Assembly (NCBI GenBank): GCA_035535615.1
Contig: DATLPP010000249.1
Location: 1 to 29,236 of the forward strand
Source: Candidatus Udaeobacter sp.
Lineage (GTDB): Bacteria; Chloroflexota; Limnocylindria; P2-11E
Direction: 5' to 3'
DNA length: 29,236 nucleotides
In this document: positions 8,191-17,134 of the stretch, piece after piece
How positions within the stretch are numbered: the stretch's first letter is position 1
Layout of the letters: every line of letters begins with the position of its first letter
Program-made: the position numbers and the translations under genes
The notes under the pieces: model-generated
What the model was told of the DNA's origin: nothing
Databases searched by the model: none
The model's input: only the letters and a program-made list of their open reading frames with translations

Positions 8191-8207
8191 AGCAAGCCTC
8201 ATGCCAA
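8191..8207 (-). promoter_or_regulatory. sigma54 (RpoN)-type -24/-12 promoter
   Basis: TTGGCATGAGGCTTGCT vs consensus YTGGCACGNNNNTTGCW (one mismatch, exact GG-N10-GC spacing). Confidence 0.55.
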
Positions 8208-8246
8208 CCGAATCAGCGATAACGCGGCGCTGGAGCGATCCTCCTC

Positions 8247-9359
8247 GTGAAAGCCGAGCTTTTGTCGATCGGGACCGAGCTGCTGCTGGGTCAGATCGTC
8301 GACACAAACGCCAATTACCTCGCCGGCCGCCTCGCGCTTCTGGGCATCGATTGCCTCCATATGCAGACAGTCGGAGACAACCTGGGCCGCGCCAAGCAAG
8401 CGTTCGAGCGAGCGCTCTCCCGAAGCGACTTGGTGGTCGCAACCGGCGGTCTCGGGCCTACCGAGGACGATCTGACGCGCGAGGCGATCGCGGCCGCCCT
8501 CGGCGAGACACCTTCGGTCGACTCCGCCCTCGAGGCCGACCTGGTCGCGTGGTTCTCCGGGCGCGGGATCGTCATGCCGGATCGGAACCGCAAGCAAGCC
8601 TGGCTCATCGCTTCGGCGCGCGCGCTCCCGAATCCGAACGGCACCGCCCCCGGCTGGGACGTTCAGAAGGACGGCAAGCGGATCATCGCGATGCCCGGCG
8701 TCCCGCGCGAGATGACGCCGATGTGGGAATCGGTCGAGCCTTCGCTGGTGAGAGGCGGCGCGCTGCGTTGGCGAACGCTGAAGCTTCTGGGCATCGGCGA
8801 AAGCGCCGTCGAGGAGAAGCTCGCGGAGCTGGTGCGCTCGACGAGCCCGACGGTCGCCACATATGCCAAAAACGACGGCGTGCACGTTCGCGTCGCCGAC
8901 AAGGCGTCTACACCTGCGGAAGCCGACGGGCGCGTTGCTGAAATGGAGCAAACGATCCGCGCGCGGCTCGGCGAGTACGTGTGGGGCACGGACGACGAGA
9001 CACTGCCCGGAGTAATCGGGCGCGGCCTCGAGGCCCGGAACTGGCGCCTCGCCGTCGCCGAGTCGCTCTCCGCGGGCGATATCGCGCGGGCGCTGGCGGA
9101 GGCCCCGGGTGCCGAGCGCTGGTTCCTGGGTGCGATCGTGCGACCGTCGGCCGACTCCGAGACCCTTGAGAACGAGGGCCGGCGGCTCGGCGGAGATGTC
9201 CTGCTCGTGACGCCCCACGGCGCCGAGACGAGCCAGCTGCGCGCGATCACGCCCGGACGGACGAGACGCCTCGATATCCGCTTTCGTTCGACCGCCGACG
9301 GACGGAGGCGCGCCCTCCTAAGCGGGCTGGACCTGCTGCGCAGGGCGCTCGCGGATTAG
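8247..9359 (+). CDS. cinA: CinA-family protein (molybdopterin-binding-like N-domain + degenerate PncC-like C-domain)
   Basis: AELLSIGTELLLGQIVDTNA, VGDN, TGGLGPTEDDLTRE, NPNGTAPG, MPGVPREM, GIGES. C-terminal LAVAES start is present but the domain is short. Confidence 0.85.
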   Translation: MKAELLSIGTELLLGQIVDTNANYLAGRLALLGIDCLHMQTVGDNLGRAKQAFERALSRSDLVVATGGLGPTEDDLTREAIAAALGETPSVDSALEADLVAWFSGRGIVMPDRNRKQAWLIASARALPNPNGTAPGWDVQKDGKRIIAMPGVPREMTPMWESVEPSLVRGGALRWRTLKLLGIGESAVEEKLAELVRSTSPTVATYAKNDGVHVRVADKASTPAEADGRVAEMEQTIRARLGEYVWGTDDETLPGVIGRGLEARNWRLAVAESLSAGDIARALAEAPGAERWFLGAIVRPSADSETLENEGRRLGGDVLLVTPHGAETSQLRAITPGRTRRLDIRFRSTADGRRRALLSGLDLLRRALAD

Positions 9360-10511
9360 CGAACCGCGGCGGTAGGGCCAGAGCGACCACGCGATCGCCA
9401 CGAAGAAAGCGACGGGTACCGCGATGCTGAAGGTCTCGTCGTGGCGCCAGACCGCGAGCGCGTAGAAGCCCAGCGAGACGACGAGGAACGTGAGCGCGCC
9501 ACCAATCGCGAGGCGCTTGGCGGCTCGTTCGCGCCCCCCGGCCGCGAGGACGCCCGAGGCGATCACGAGCGGAACGAAGAGCAGCACGTGGTCGTACGAC
9601 CAGCTGTAGATCGCGCCCGCACCCGAGAGCGCGAGCCACACCGCGAGCCATGGGTCGCTCCCGGGTACGAAACGCGAGGCGAGCACGAGACCGGCGCCGA
9701 TGACCGCGATGGCGAGGACGCGGCCGGGCGTGCCCAGGAGCTGGCCGAATGCCGACAGAAGGACCGCCGACCGCCCGGTGCGGCGCGCCGGAATGTCGGA
9801 GATCCACGCCGGGAACCACTCGGGGAACGCGAGCCATGACGAGACCACGAGCGCGCCTGCGACCACGATCGCGAACGCAACGAAGCGGCGGTACCGCGAA
9901 TCGACGAGGGCGGGGATCGCGAGTCCCAGCGCGGTCCAGACGAAAAGCTGCGGCTTTGCGAGCAGGGCGAGCGCGGCGAACCCCGCGCGGCGCGCGTGAC
10001 CCGCGCGGACGGCGAGCACGATCGCAGCGACGGCTGACATGAGGAGGAGCGCCCACTGCCCGAGCACGATCGTGTGAAAGCCTGGCTGACCACCGAAGAG
10101 CGCGAGACCGAGCATCCCGTGGACGAGGGCGCGGCCGGGCATGAATTCGCGGAGGAGGGCGCGAAGCGCGACGGCCGCGCAGATCATCGAGAGAGCCATC
10201 CAGATCCACGCGGCGACGTCCAGCGGCAAGAGACCGAGCGGGAGGAGCGCGACCACGGTCCAGGGCATGTAGTTCAGGACCGACGCGTCGTCGCGCTGCG
10301 TGTCGAACGCGATCCGCGCCGCCGGATAGTTCGCGGGATCCCATGGGCTTACGCCCGCGAGGACGGCGCGAGGCCCGGCCCAGAAACCGGAGAAGTCGTT
10401 GATGTGGAGGATCTCGAGACGACGGTCGAGGGGTCCGAGGAGCACAACGAACAGGACGCCGATCAGGATCGCGACGAAGTACGCGAGGTCGGCTCGGATT
10501 CGGGGGGTCAC
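9318..10511 (-). CDS. GT87/DUF2029-like polytopic membrane glycosyltransferase (GT-C fold)
   Basis: NDFSGFW, LNYMPW, LGQ, LALLAKPQ, YSWSYD motifs among about 10 TM segments. Confidence 0.8.
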   Translation of the reverse strand: MTPRIRADLAYFVAILIGVLFVVLLGPLDRRLEILHINDFSGFWAGPRAVLAGVSPWDPANYPAARIAFDTQRDDASVLNYMPWTVVALLPLGLLPLDVAAWIWMALSMICAAVALRALLREFMPGRALVHGMLGLALFGGQPGFHTIVLGQWALLLMSAVAAIVLAVRAGHARRAGFAALALLAKPQLFVWTALGLAIPALVDSRYRRFVAFAIVVAGALVVSSWLAFPEWFPAWISDIPARRTGRSAVLLSAFGQLLGTPGRVLAIAVIGAGLVLASRFVPGSDPWLAVWLALSGAGAIYSWSYDHVLLFVPLVIASGVLAAGGRERAAKRLAIGGALTFLVVSLGFYALAVWRHDETFSIAVPVAFFVAIAWSLWPYRRGSLIRERPAQQVQPA

Positions 10512-10537
10512 GTGATCACGGCGATGCTAGAGGTTGG

Positions 10538-11620
10538 TTAGTCCTCTCGGTTGTTGGAATCGTCTCGTTTGTTGGGGGCCGGCGTCCGGTGGCTTCCTTC
10601 TTTCGCCTTCTTCGCGGCGGCCTTCGCCTCGTCTGCGGCCTTGCGCGCCGCGCCGGCCGCGCGCTCCTTCTTGGAAGCGCGCTCCGTCGGGGGGGTCTCG
10701 CTCCGGGCTGCCCCACCGCTGGTACTCGTGTCGCGCACCGTTGTCGGTGTCCGGTCGGTGGTGCCCGACGGCCGAGGGGTGCTCGGCTCGCTCGGGGGTG
10801 TCGCCTTGCGCTCCGCGACCGCGGCAGCTTCGTCCGCCGTGTCCGCGGCATCCTGTGCAATCGCGGCGGCCGGGCTGAGATCCGTCGATGGAGAGCCGCG
10901 GGACGCGATCACCGCGAGCGCCGCCGATGCATCGGACCGGTTGGGGTCCTCGGCGAGTCTGGCCAGGACCGCAACGGCCGTCGCGCGATGTTCGTCAATC
11001 CGCTGCTGTAGCTGGACGACCAGGGTGGCCGTCTCCGGTTGAAGCGACTCCACCTGGGCCAGCTCGGCCGCGGCGTTGGCCATGTGCTCCCCGTACTCGC
11101 TCGTCGCCACGATCGCGTTGTCCTCGTCGCCGAGAGTCGCGAGCGCGGTCGCCTCGGCGAGCCGATGCTCCGCGATCGACAGCTCGACCACGGCGCGATC
11201 CTCCGGCGACGTGGCGAGCGAGAGCCGCATCTGTTCGGAGGTGATCTTCACCGAGTAGAGAGCGTCGTCCGCGACGGTGCCCGCGCTCACGAGCGCCGTG
11301 CTCGCCCCGATGGCGACGACGACGAGACCGATGGCGAGGACGCGCATCGCGTATGGAGTTGGTCGGCCGAGCAGCTCGAAGGCGACGGCGATGCGGTCGA
11401 ACCAGGTGGCGTCTTGGGGGTGCAGCCCAAAAAGGACGCGCGACCGAATTCGGGAGCGCGTCCTGGCGTCGGGAGCGCTGTACGGATCCTTGTGCAATCG
11501 GAGCGCAAGCCGCACCGTTTCGCGCAGCTGGGGATCTTTGATGTCCTCGATGAGCCGGTCGCCGCGCGCGACCTCCTCGATCAGCTTTGCGGTGTCTTTC
11601 GCGCTGCGCCGTCCCACCAT
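10538..11620 (-). CDS. DUF5667-like single-pass membrane protein (anti-sigma-like architecture)
   Basis: Cytoplasmic N-part (APDARTRSRIRSRVL), one TM, DDALYSVKITSEQMRLSLA...ELSIAEHRLAEA, then a low-complexity P/T/S/A/K tail. Confidence 0.7.
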   Translation of the reverse strand: MVGRRSAKDTAKLIEEVARGDRLIEDIKDPQLRETVRLALRLHKDPYSAPDARTRSRIRSRVLFGLHPQDATWFDRIAVAFELLGRPTPYAMRVLAIGLVVVAIGASTALVSAGTVADDALYSVKITSEQMRLSLATSPEDRAVVELSIAEHRLAEATALATLGDEDNAIVATSEYGEHMANAAAELAQVESLQPETATLVVQLQQRIDEHRATAVAVLARLAEDPNRSDASAALAVIASRGSPSTDLSPAAAIAQDAADTADEAAAVAERKATPPSEPSTPRPSGTTDRTPTTVRDTSTSGGAARSETPPTERASKKERAAGAARKAADEAKAAAKKAKEGSHRTPAPNKRDDSNNRED

Positions 11621-11685
11621 GCGTCTAACGGCCTGCCTGCTAGCCCGTTATCCGGACCACTTTCAGGCCGGTCTCGGGCGGTCCG

Positions 11686-13503
11686 TCAGGGCTTCGGAGG
11701 GTCGGGCGCGACGAGCGGGCCGCCCCAGACGGGGGCGTAGTGGCTCGCGAAGAAGTCTTGGTGGAGCACCTTGCCGTTCTCGTACACCGTGCGCGTCTTG
11801 AACACGTCGCGGCCGGCGACGGTGACACCCTTCGGGAATGCCGGGTCGGCGGGTTGATCCGGCGCGGGTTGCACGAAGTTCTTCTGCGTCGCGGCGCTCA
11901 CCGCGACCGTGCGACCTGTTGGGATCCCCCAGACATCGATGGTGAGCGAAGTCCAGTCGCTCCATGACCAGATGAAGACGGGATTCGCCGTGTCGTTGCG
12001 CCACTTGAAGTCGACACCCGGGTCGAACACCGCGGCGTCGTAGCCGATCGGATAGCGATCGATGTAGTACCCGTGCGCGTGCCGCTCGACGATCTCGTAT
12101 CCCTGCGCGGCAACGGCGTTGAAGATCGTGGTCGACACCTGGCAGAGGCCGCCGCCGATGACGTTTTCATCAGAGCGGTTGTTGATGATCGCGCCGGCGT
12201 ACGCGTACCCGCGCTCGGTGGTCACAGGACCGAGTAGCTCCCAGAACGAGAAGGTTTGCCCGGGGAGGATGACCACACCGTCGAACTGCGACGCGCCGGT
12301 CGAGATGTTCGCGTGACGCGACGCGCTCGGCGGATAGGACGTGGTGAATGTCGAAGTCCGCACAAGGTTCGGCAACAGCGCCTTCGCCTGTTCGGTGGTG
12401 AATGCGGAGGCGTCGACAACGGCGGGCGCCGCCAGATCGCGCGTCGCGCCGGTGGCCGGGCGTACGAGCTCATCGAGCACCATCGCCCGAAGCTTTTCCT
12501 GGTCGACCTTGACTCCGCTCTCAGATGGAATGATCGAGGGCACGTGGTCAGCATTGAGGCTGAACTTCGCGCTCTTGCCTGGATGATCGAGAACGACGCC
12601 GAGCGCGATCGCCCAGCTCGCGACGCGCTCGTTCACGAGCGAGACCTGATAGCGGTACCTCACAGCGGGCGCGATCGCATCTTGCGGGATCGCGGGGAGC
12701 TCACCCGGCTTCGCGAGCACGCGGTCGATCGCGAGGAGGCTCGCGAGATACGTTGCGTTCTCCGTGAAAGTCCGGTCCTCCACGCGGACGGTGACCGGGA
12801 CGACCGCGGCGGCAGCGCGCGCATACGCCTCGTCGAATCCGGACGCGTCGACCGCCGGATACGACGTGCGAACGCGAAGGGCGACCTCGCGATCGCCGAG
12901 CGAGTCGGCGGACAGAAGTGCGGCGACCGTTCCGGCGCGATCGACCTCGCGACCGAGCGCCGGTTGAGTTACCTCGAGACCGGACGGGCCGACCCGAAGC
13001 TCGCCCGAGACCGATGCGCGATCGGTGTCGCGAGCCGCGGATGCGACCCATGCATCGAGTGCGTCGCCCTTCGCGTGCATCGCGAAGGGGACGTTCGCCT
13101 GGCCGCGCACCGCATCGATCCACGCCCCGAGCCGATCGAGGATGCCTCCGGACTTTCCATACGCAAGCGCGGCGGTCACGGCAGCATCGAGGTCAGGTGC
13201 GATGCCCAGTTCGGCATTTGTCGTCCGCCACGTTCGTGAGCCGTCGGTGAGCGCCACCGAGGACGAGGCCCACGGCGCAGCAAGCTGGGCGGCGAGACGG
13301 TCGCGGATCGAGCCCGCCTCGAGCGAGCCGATATCGACGCCACCGACGCTCATGCCCGGCAGCGCGCGGGACGCGTACACCGCGTCCGCAGCGAAGGCGG
13401 CGCCGGCCGCAAGCGCGATAGCCGCGATCGGGGCGAGAGCAAGTATCCAGACGCCACGACGTGACGTCCGGGTCTGCTCGCCGCTTCGTGCGAATACCGC
13501 CAT
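11686..13503 (-). CDS. VanW-family protein with N-terminal anchor and putative peptidoglycan-binding repeats
   Basis: LPGMSVGGVDIG; PGQTFSFWELLGP, ERGY, GGGLCQVSTTIFNA, IVERHAH, YPIGYDAAV, DFKWRNDT. RBS GGAGG. Confidence 0.9.
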   Translation of the reverse strand: MAVFARSGEQTRTSRRGVWILALAPIAAIALAAGAAFAADAVYASRALPGMSVGGVDIGSLEAGSIRDRLAAQLAAPWASSSVALTDGSRTWRTTNAELGIAPDLDAAVTAALAYGKSGGILDRLGAWIDAVRGQANVPFAMHAKGDALDAWVASAARDTDRASVSGELRVGPSGLEVTQPALGREVDRAGTVAALLSADSLGDREVALRVRTSYPAVDASGFDEAYARAAAAVVPVTVRVEDRTFTENATYLASLLAIDRVLAKPGELPAIPQDAIAPAVRYRYQVSLVNERVASWAIALGVVLDHPGKSAKFSLNADHVPSIIPSESGVKVDQEKLRAMVLDELVRPATGATRDLAAPAVVDASAFTTEQAKALLPNLVRTSTFTTSYPPSASRHANISTGASQFDGVVILPGQTFSFWELLGPVTTERGYAYAGAIINNRSDENVIGGGLCQVSTTIFNAVAAQGYEIVERHAHGYYIDRYPIGYDAAVFDPGVDFKWRNDTANPVFIWSWSDWTSLTIDVWGIPTGRTVAVSAATQKNFVQPAPDQPADPAFPKGVTVAGRDVFKTRTVYENGKVLHQDFFASHYAPVWGGPLVAPDPPKP

Positions 13504-13550
13504 GCCCTCGTACGCCTCCCCGAGCGCTCTAGCGCGCTCCCTTTAGCTCG

Positions 13551-13567
13551 AGCAACTTGCGTGCCTT
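13551..13567 (-). promoter_or_regulatory. sigma54-type -24/-12 promoter upstream of the VanW-family gene
   Basis: AAGGCACGCAAGTTGCT (GGCACG-N4-TTGCT). Predicted TSS about 13540, giving a ~37-nt leader containing the RBS. Confidence 0.5.
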
Positions 13568-13762
13568 ACAGCGGTCGGCTGCTCGCTCGTCGTGAATCGT
13601 CCACTTACCTAGACGAACGAAGTGTCATGCCCGTTCCGGTCACCAGGCGACTGATTTGAGACGTTAGCAACTACTACGTCTGTTTCCCAAACGACATCCG
13701 GAATAGCCGCCCTATTTCATTCCGATTAGTTAGTAATGAGTAAATGATCCCGAAGACGCCGT

Positions 13763-14194
13763 CGGGTCGTGCCCCACGTAGGAGTGTGCGGGTCCTGTCC
13801 CGGCTACGCGGGTCTCTCCCTCAGCGCACCCTCCCCGCCTTGCAGCTCACTGCGTTCGCTGCGGGCGGGTCCCCGGGGAACCCGCGCTTCGTAAGAGACC
13901 CGCTGCGCCGTGCCACCCGCACACCCGCCCTACTGACCCCCGACCCGCGCCGTCTTCGAGCAGAGAAAAGGATTCGGAGGCGCGACGGATCGCAGAGGAC
14001 GCGCGTGCGGGCGTGCGTGACCGCGCGAGGGCGTGCGGGTGGCACGGCGCAGCGGAAGCAGCGTCGGGGTCTTCTGAGCGAGCGGCCCCTGGACGGCCGT
14101 CCATCGCGATCCCACGAGGGGCCGAGCGAAGAAGACCCCGGCGCTGCTTACCGCCCGTCGCCGTGACAGGACCCGCAAGGTTCGGCACGACCCG
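13763..14194 (+). ncRNA. Unclassified large structured non-coding element (~430 nt)
   Basis: Nested long inverted repeats: 13763-73/14184-94 (11 bp), 13787-99/14165-77 (13 bp), 13808-17/13894-903 (10 bp), 13900-22/14033-55 (23 bp), 14056-75/14130-49 (20 bp, one G-U). Most imperfect pairs are G-U on the + strand, so strand assignment is tentative. Confidence 0.5.
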
Positions 14195-14225
14195 CGCAGT
14201 GCCACGCGCGCCCCGCGATCCAGGC

Positions 14226-14269
14226 AAGAAAAAGCCCGGGCACCCCAGGGGAGCAGGGAGTGCCCGGGC
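14226..14269 (-). terminator. Rho-independent terminator of nrdJ
   Basis: Stem GCCCGGGCAC (14260-69 / 14234-43) followed on the minus strand by TTTTTCTT. Confidence 0.8.
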
Positions 14270-14320
14270 AGTAGGCAGAACTGGCCAGCGGGCGGGCCGG
14301 CCAGGGCCTGACGGAGTGAA

Positions 14321-17122
14321 TCAGCTACACCCGGTGGTCTCTCCGCAGTTCTCGCACTTGTGGCAGGTGCCGCTTCGAACGGTCAGCCAGCCACAACGCG
14401 GACAGGGGGGCGCATCGGGTGTGGAATTGAGTCGTCGGTAAGCGGGAGCGTCGGCGGTCGGCGCCACCGTGTGGCCATTCCCACTCGCAGCCGGTGTTTC
14501 AGGCGTCGCGAGCTGCACCACGCGGTTCAGGAGCTCGAGCTGCGGCGTGGCGTCCGCGACCTCGGTCGTCCGAATGAGACCGAGCTCGGCCCGCTCGGGC
14601 TCCGAGAGGAAGCGATACCCCAACCAGCGGAAGACGTAATCGACGATCGACTTCGCGAAGCCGATCTCGGGATTGCCGGTCCATCCAGCCGGCTCGAAAC
14701 GCATGTGTCCGAACTTCTCGACAAGGTGCGAGAGCGGGACGCCGTACTGGAAGAGCAGAGAGACGCTCGTGGCGAACGCATCCATCATCCCGGAGAGGGT
14801 CGAGCCCTCCTTCGCCATGGTGACGAAGAGCTCGCCGGGGGTGTTGTCCTCGAAGAGCCCGACGGTGATGTAGCCCTCGTGCCCTTCGATCTTGAACTTG
14901 TGAGTGAGCGAAGCCCGCGTGTCGGCGAGGCGGCGGCGCTGCGGCCGCGTGACCTCGACGATCCGCTCCACGACCGTCTCGACCGTCTTGGTGTTGCTCT
15001 CCTTGTTGCTCGTGTTGACGGGCTGGACTTTCTTGCTGCCGTCGCGGTAGATCGCGATCGCCTTGAGGCCGTGCTTCCACGCCTCGACGTACGCCTCGCT
15101 AACGTCGTCGACGCTCGCGGTCTCCGGAAGGTTGACGGTCTTCGAGATCGCGCCGGAGATGAACGGCTGGACCGCGCCCATCATCTTGATGTGACCCATG
15201 TGGTGGATCGTGCGCACGCCGTTCTGCGGCTTGAATGCGCAATCGAAGACGGCGAGGTCTTCGTCCTTGATGCCGGGCGCGCCCTCGATGCCGCCGAACT
15301 GCTCGATGTAAGTGGTGATCGCGCCCGACTCGGTCTGGCTGTATCCGAGGCTCCGCAGGGCTGACGGTACGCTGCCGTTCACGAGCTTCAGCATCCCGCC
15401 GCCGACGAGCTTCTTGTACTTCACGAGCGCGATATCCGGCTCAACGCCGGTGGTGTCGCAATCCATCATGAAGCTGATCGTTCCGGTCGGGGCGAGGACG
15501 GATGCCTGCGCGTTGCGGTAGCCCGCCGGGCGTCCGAACGCGACCGCGTCGTCCCAGGCCTGACGCGCCGCCGAGAGGAGGCTCGCCGGAAGGAGCTCGT
15601 CGCGGATCCGGTACGCGTGCAGACGGTGCATCTGAATGACCCGGTCGTGCGCGTCCTTGTTCTTGGGGTACGCCTCGTACGGTCCCACCGCCTCCGCGAT
15701 CCGACCGGACTGCGAGTAGGCGGCGCCGGTCATGAGGGCGGTGATCGCGGCAGCGTACGCGCGGCCCTGATTGGAGTCGTACGGCAGACCCCGCTGCATG
15801 AGGAGCGCGCCGAGGTTGGCGTAGCCCAGGCCGAGCTGCCGGTGCGAGCGAGCGTTCTCCGCGATCTTGGCCGTCGGATAGTCGGAGTGTCCGACGAGGA
15901 TTTCCTGCGCGGTGAAGACGACCTCCACCGCCGCGCGGAACCGCTCCACGTCGAACTCGCCGTCGCTGTGCACGAAACGAAGCAAATTCAACGACGCGAG
16001 ATTGCAGGCCGAGTCGTCGATGCTCATGTACTCGCTGCATGGATTCGATCCGTTGATCCGGCCGCTGGCCGGCGTGGTGTGCCAGTCGTTGATCGTCGTG
16101 TCGAACTGCATGCCCGGGTCGCCGCACTGCCATGCGGCCTCAGAGATCTCGCTCAGCAGCGCACGCGCCTTGATCGTCTCGAGCACGGTGCCGCCGATTC
16201 GCGCGGTCAGGCTCCAGTCCTCTTCCGTCTGCGCCTTCTTCATGAACTCGTCCGTCACGCGGACGGAGTTGTTCGCGTTCTGGAACTGGATCGACTGCCA
16301 AGCCTCCCCGTTGAGGCTCATGTCATAGCCGGCCTCGCCGAGCGCCCAGGCCTTCTTCTCTTCCTTGGCCTTGCACCAGATGAACTCGTGCACATCGGGG
16401 TGATCGACGTCGAGGATCACCATCTTCGCGGCGCGCCGCGTGGTGCCACCGGACTTGATCGAACCCGCGACCGAGTCCGCGCCACGCATGAACGAAACGG
16501 GTCCGGAGGCAAAGCCGCCGCCCGAGAGGTTCTCCTTCTGAGATCGGATCCGTGAGACGTTCACGCCCGAGCCGGATCCGCCTTTGAAGATGATCCCTTC
16601 GTCGCGGAACCAGTCGAGGATCGAGTGCATATCGTCCTCGACAGAGAGGATGAAGCACGCGCTCGCCTGTTGGGGAACCCCTTCCACGCCGATGTTGAAC
16701 CACACCGGCGAGTTGAAGGACGCGTGCTGGTGGACCATGAGGTACTTGAGCTCGTCCGCGAACGCGTCCCGGTCAGATGCGGTCAGGAAGTAGCCGCCCT
16801 CGAAGCCGGCCCGAGCGATGGTGTCGACCACGCGGTCGACCATCTGCTTGACGCTGGACTCCCGCTCCGGCGCTCCGAGCTTGCCGCGGAAGTACTTCGA
16901 GGCCACGACGTTCGTCGCCGTCTGCGACCAGGACTTTGGGACCTCGACTCCCTTCTGCTCGAAGACGTTCCCGCTCTCTCCCGGGATGACAGAGTCGCGG
17001 AGCTCCCACTCGATCTCGTCATAGGGGTGGACGCCCTCGCGGCTGAAGCGACGTTGAATCCGGAGTCCCTTTTTCGGCTCCGCGCGGTAGACGGAAAGGT
17101 CTGCGATGTCGGCGATTGCCAT
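14321..17122 (-). CDS. nrdJ: Class II (adenosylcobalamin-dependent) ribonucleotide reductase with C-terminal TSCPD-like domain and Zn ribbon
   Basis: FNSPVWFN, QASACFILSV, NPCSEY, ACNLASLNL, IAPTGT-like APTGTISF, ISKTVN, IYRDGSK, terminal CPRCG...CHKCENCG. No intein-like insertion seen. Confidence 0.97.
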   Translation of the reverse strand: MAIADIADLSVYRAEPKKGLRIQRRFSREGVHPYDEIEWELRDSVIPGESGNVFEQKGVEVPKSWSQTATNVVASKYFRGKLGAPERESSVKQMVDRVVDTIARAGFEGGYFLTASDRDAFADELKYLMVHQHASFNSPVWFNIGVEGVPQQASACFILSVEDDMHSILDWFRDEGIIFKGGSGSGVNVSRIRSQKENLSGGGFASGPVSFMRGADSVAGSIKSGGTTRRAAKMVILDVDHPDVHEFIWCKAKEEKKAWALGEAGYDMSLNGEAWQSIQFQNANNSVRVTDEFMKKAQTEEDWSLTARIGGTVLETIKARALLSEISEAAWQCGDPGMQFDTTINDWHTTPASGRINGSNPCSEYMSIDDSACNLASLNLLRFVHSDGEFDVERFRAAVEVVFTAQEILVGHSDYPTAKIAENARSHRQLGLGYANLGALLMQRGLPYDSNQGRAYAAAITALMTGAAYSQSGRIAEAVGPYEAYPKNKDAHDRVIQMHRLHAYRIRDELLPASLLSAARQAWDDAVAFGRPAGYRNAQASVLAPTGTISFMMDCDTTGVEPDIALVKYKKLVGGGMLKLVNGSVPSALRSLGYSQTESGAITTYIEQFGGIEGAPGIKDEDLAVFDCAFKPQNGVRTIHHMGHIKMMGAVQPFISGAISKTVNLPETASVDDVSEAYVEAWKHGLKAIAIYRDGSKKVQPVNTSNKESNTKTVETVVERIVEVTRPQRRRLADTRASLTHKFKIEGHEGYITVGLFEDNTPGELFVTMAKEGSTLSGMMDAFATSVSLLFQYGVPLSHLVEKFGHMRFEPAGWTGNPEIGFAKSIVDYVFRWLGYRFLSEPERAELGLIRTTEVADATPQLELLNRVVQLATPETPAASGNGHTVAPTADAPAYRRLNSTPDAPPCPRCGWLTVRSGTCHKCENCGETTGCS

Positions 17123-17134
17123 GTGCGTGCCCCC

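Noticed and set aside
7277-8442. ORFs 7277-7894 (+) and the long 5' extensions of 7891-8442 and 7406-7939
   Set aside because: They overlap the tRNA or other genes; true starts with RBSs lie at 8037 and 7846.
13744-14166. 140-aa ORF (and other overlapping ORFs) across the structured element
   Set aside because: Low-complexity R/P/G translation, no RBS or motifs; explained by GC-rich palindromes.
13763-14194. Assignment of the structured element to SRP RNA, RNase P, tmRNA or a group II intron
   Set aside because: GGAAGCAGC occurs but without the SRP helix-8 CAGG/GNRA context. No GAGGAAAGTCC, no tRNA-like ends, no domain V motif.
14321-17122. Intein or intron in nrdJ
   Set aside because: Continuous RNR motifs, no C...HN splice signature or endonuclease motif, and ordinary length.
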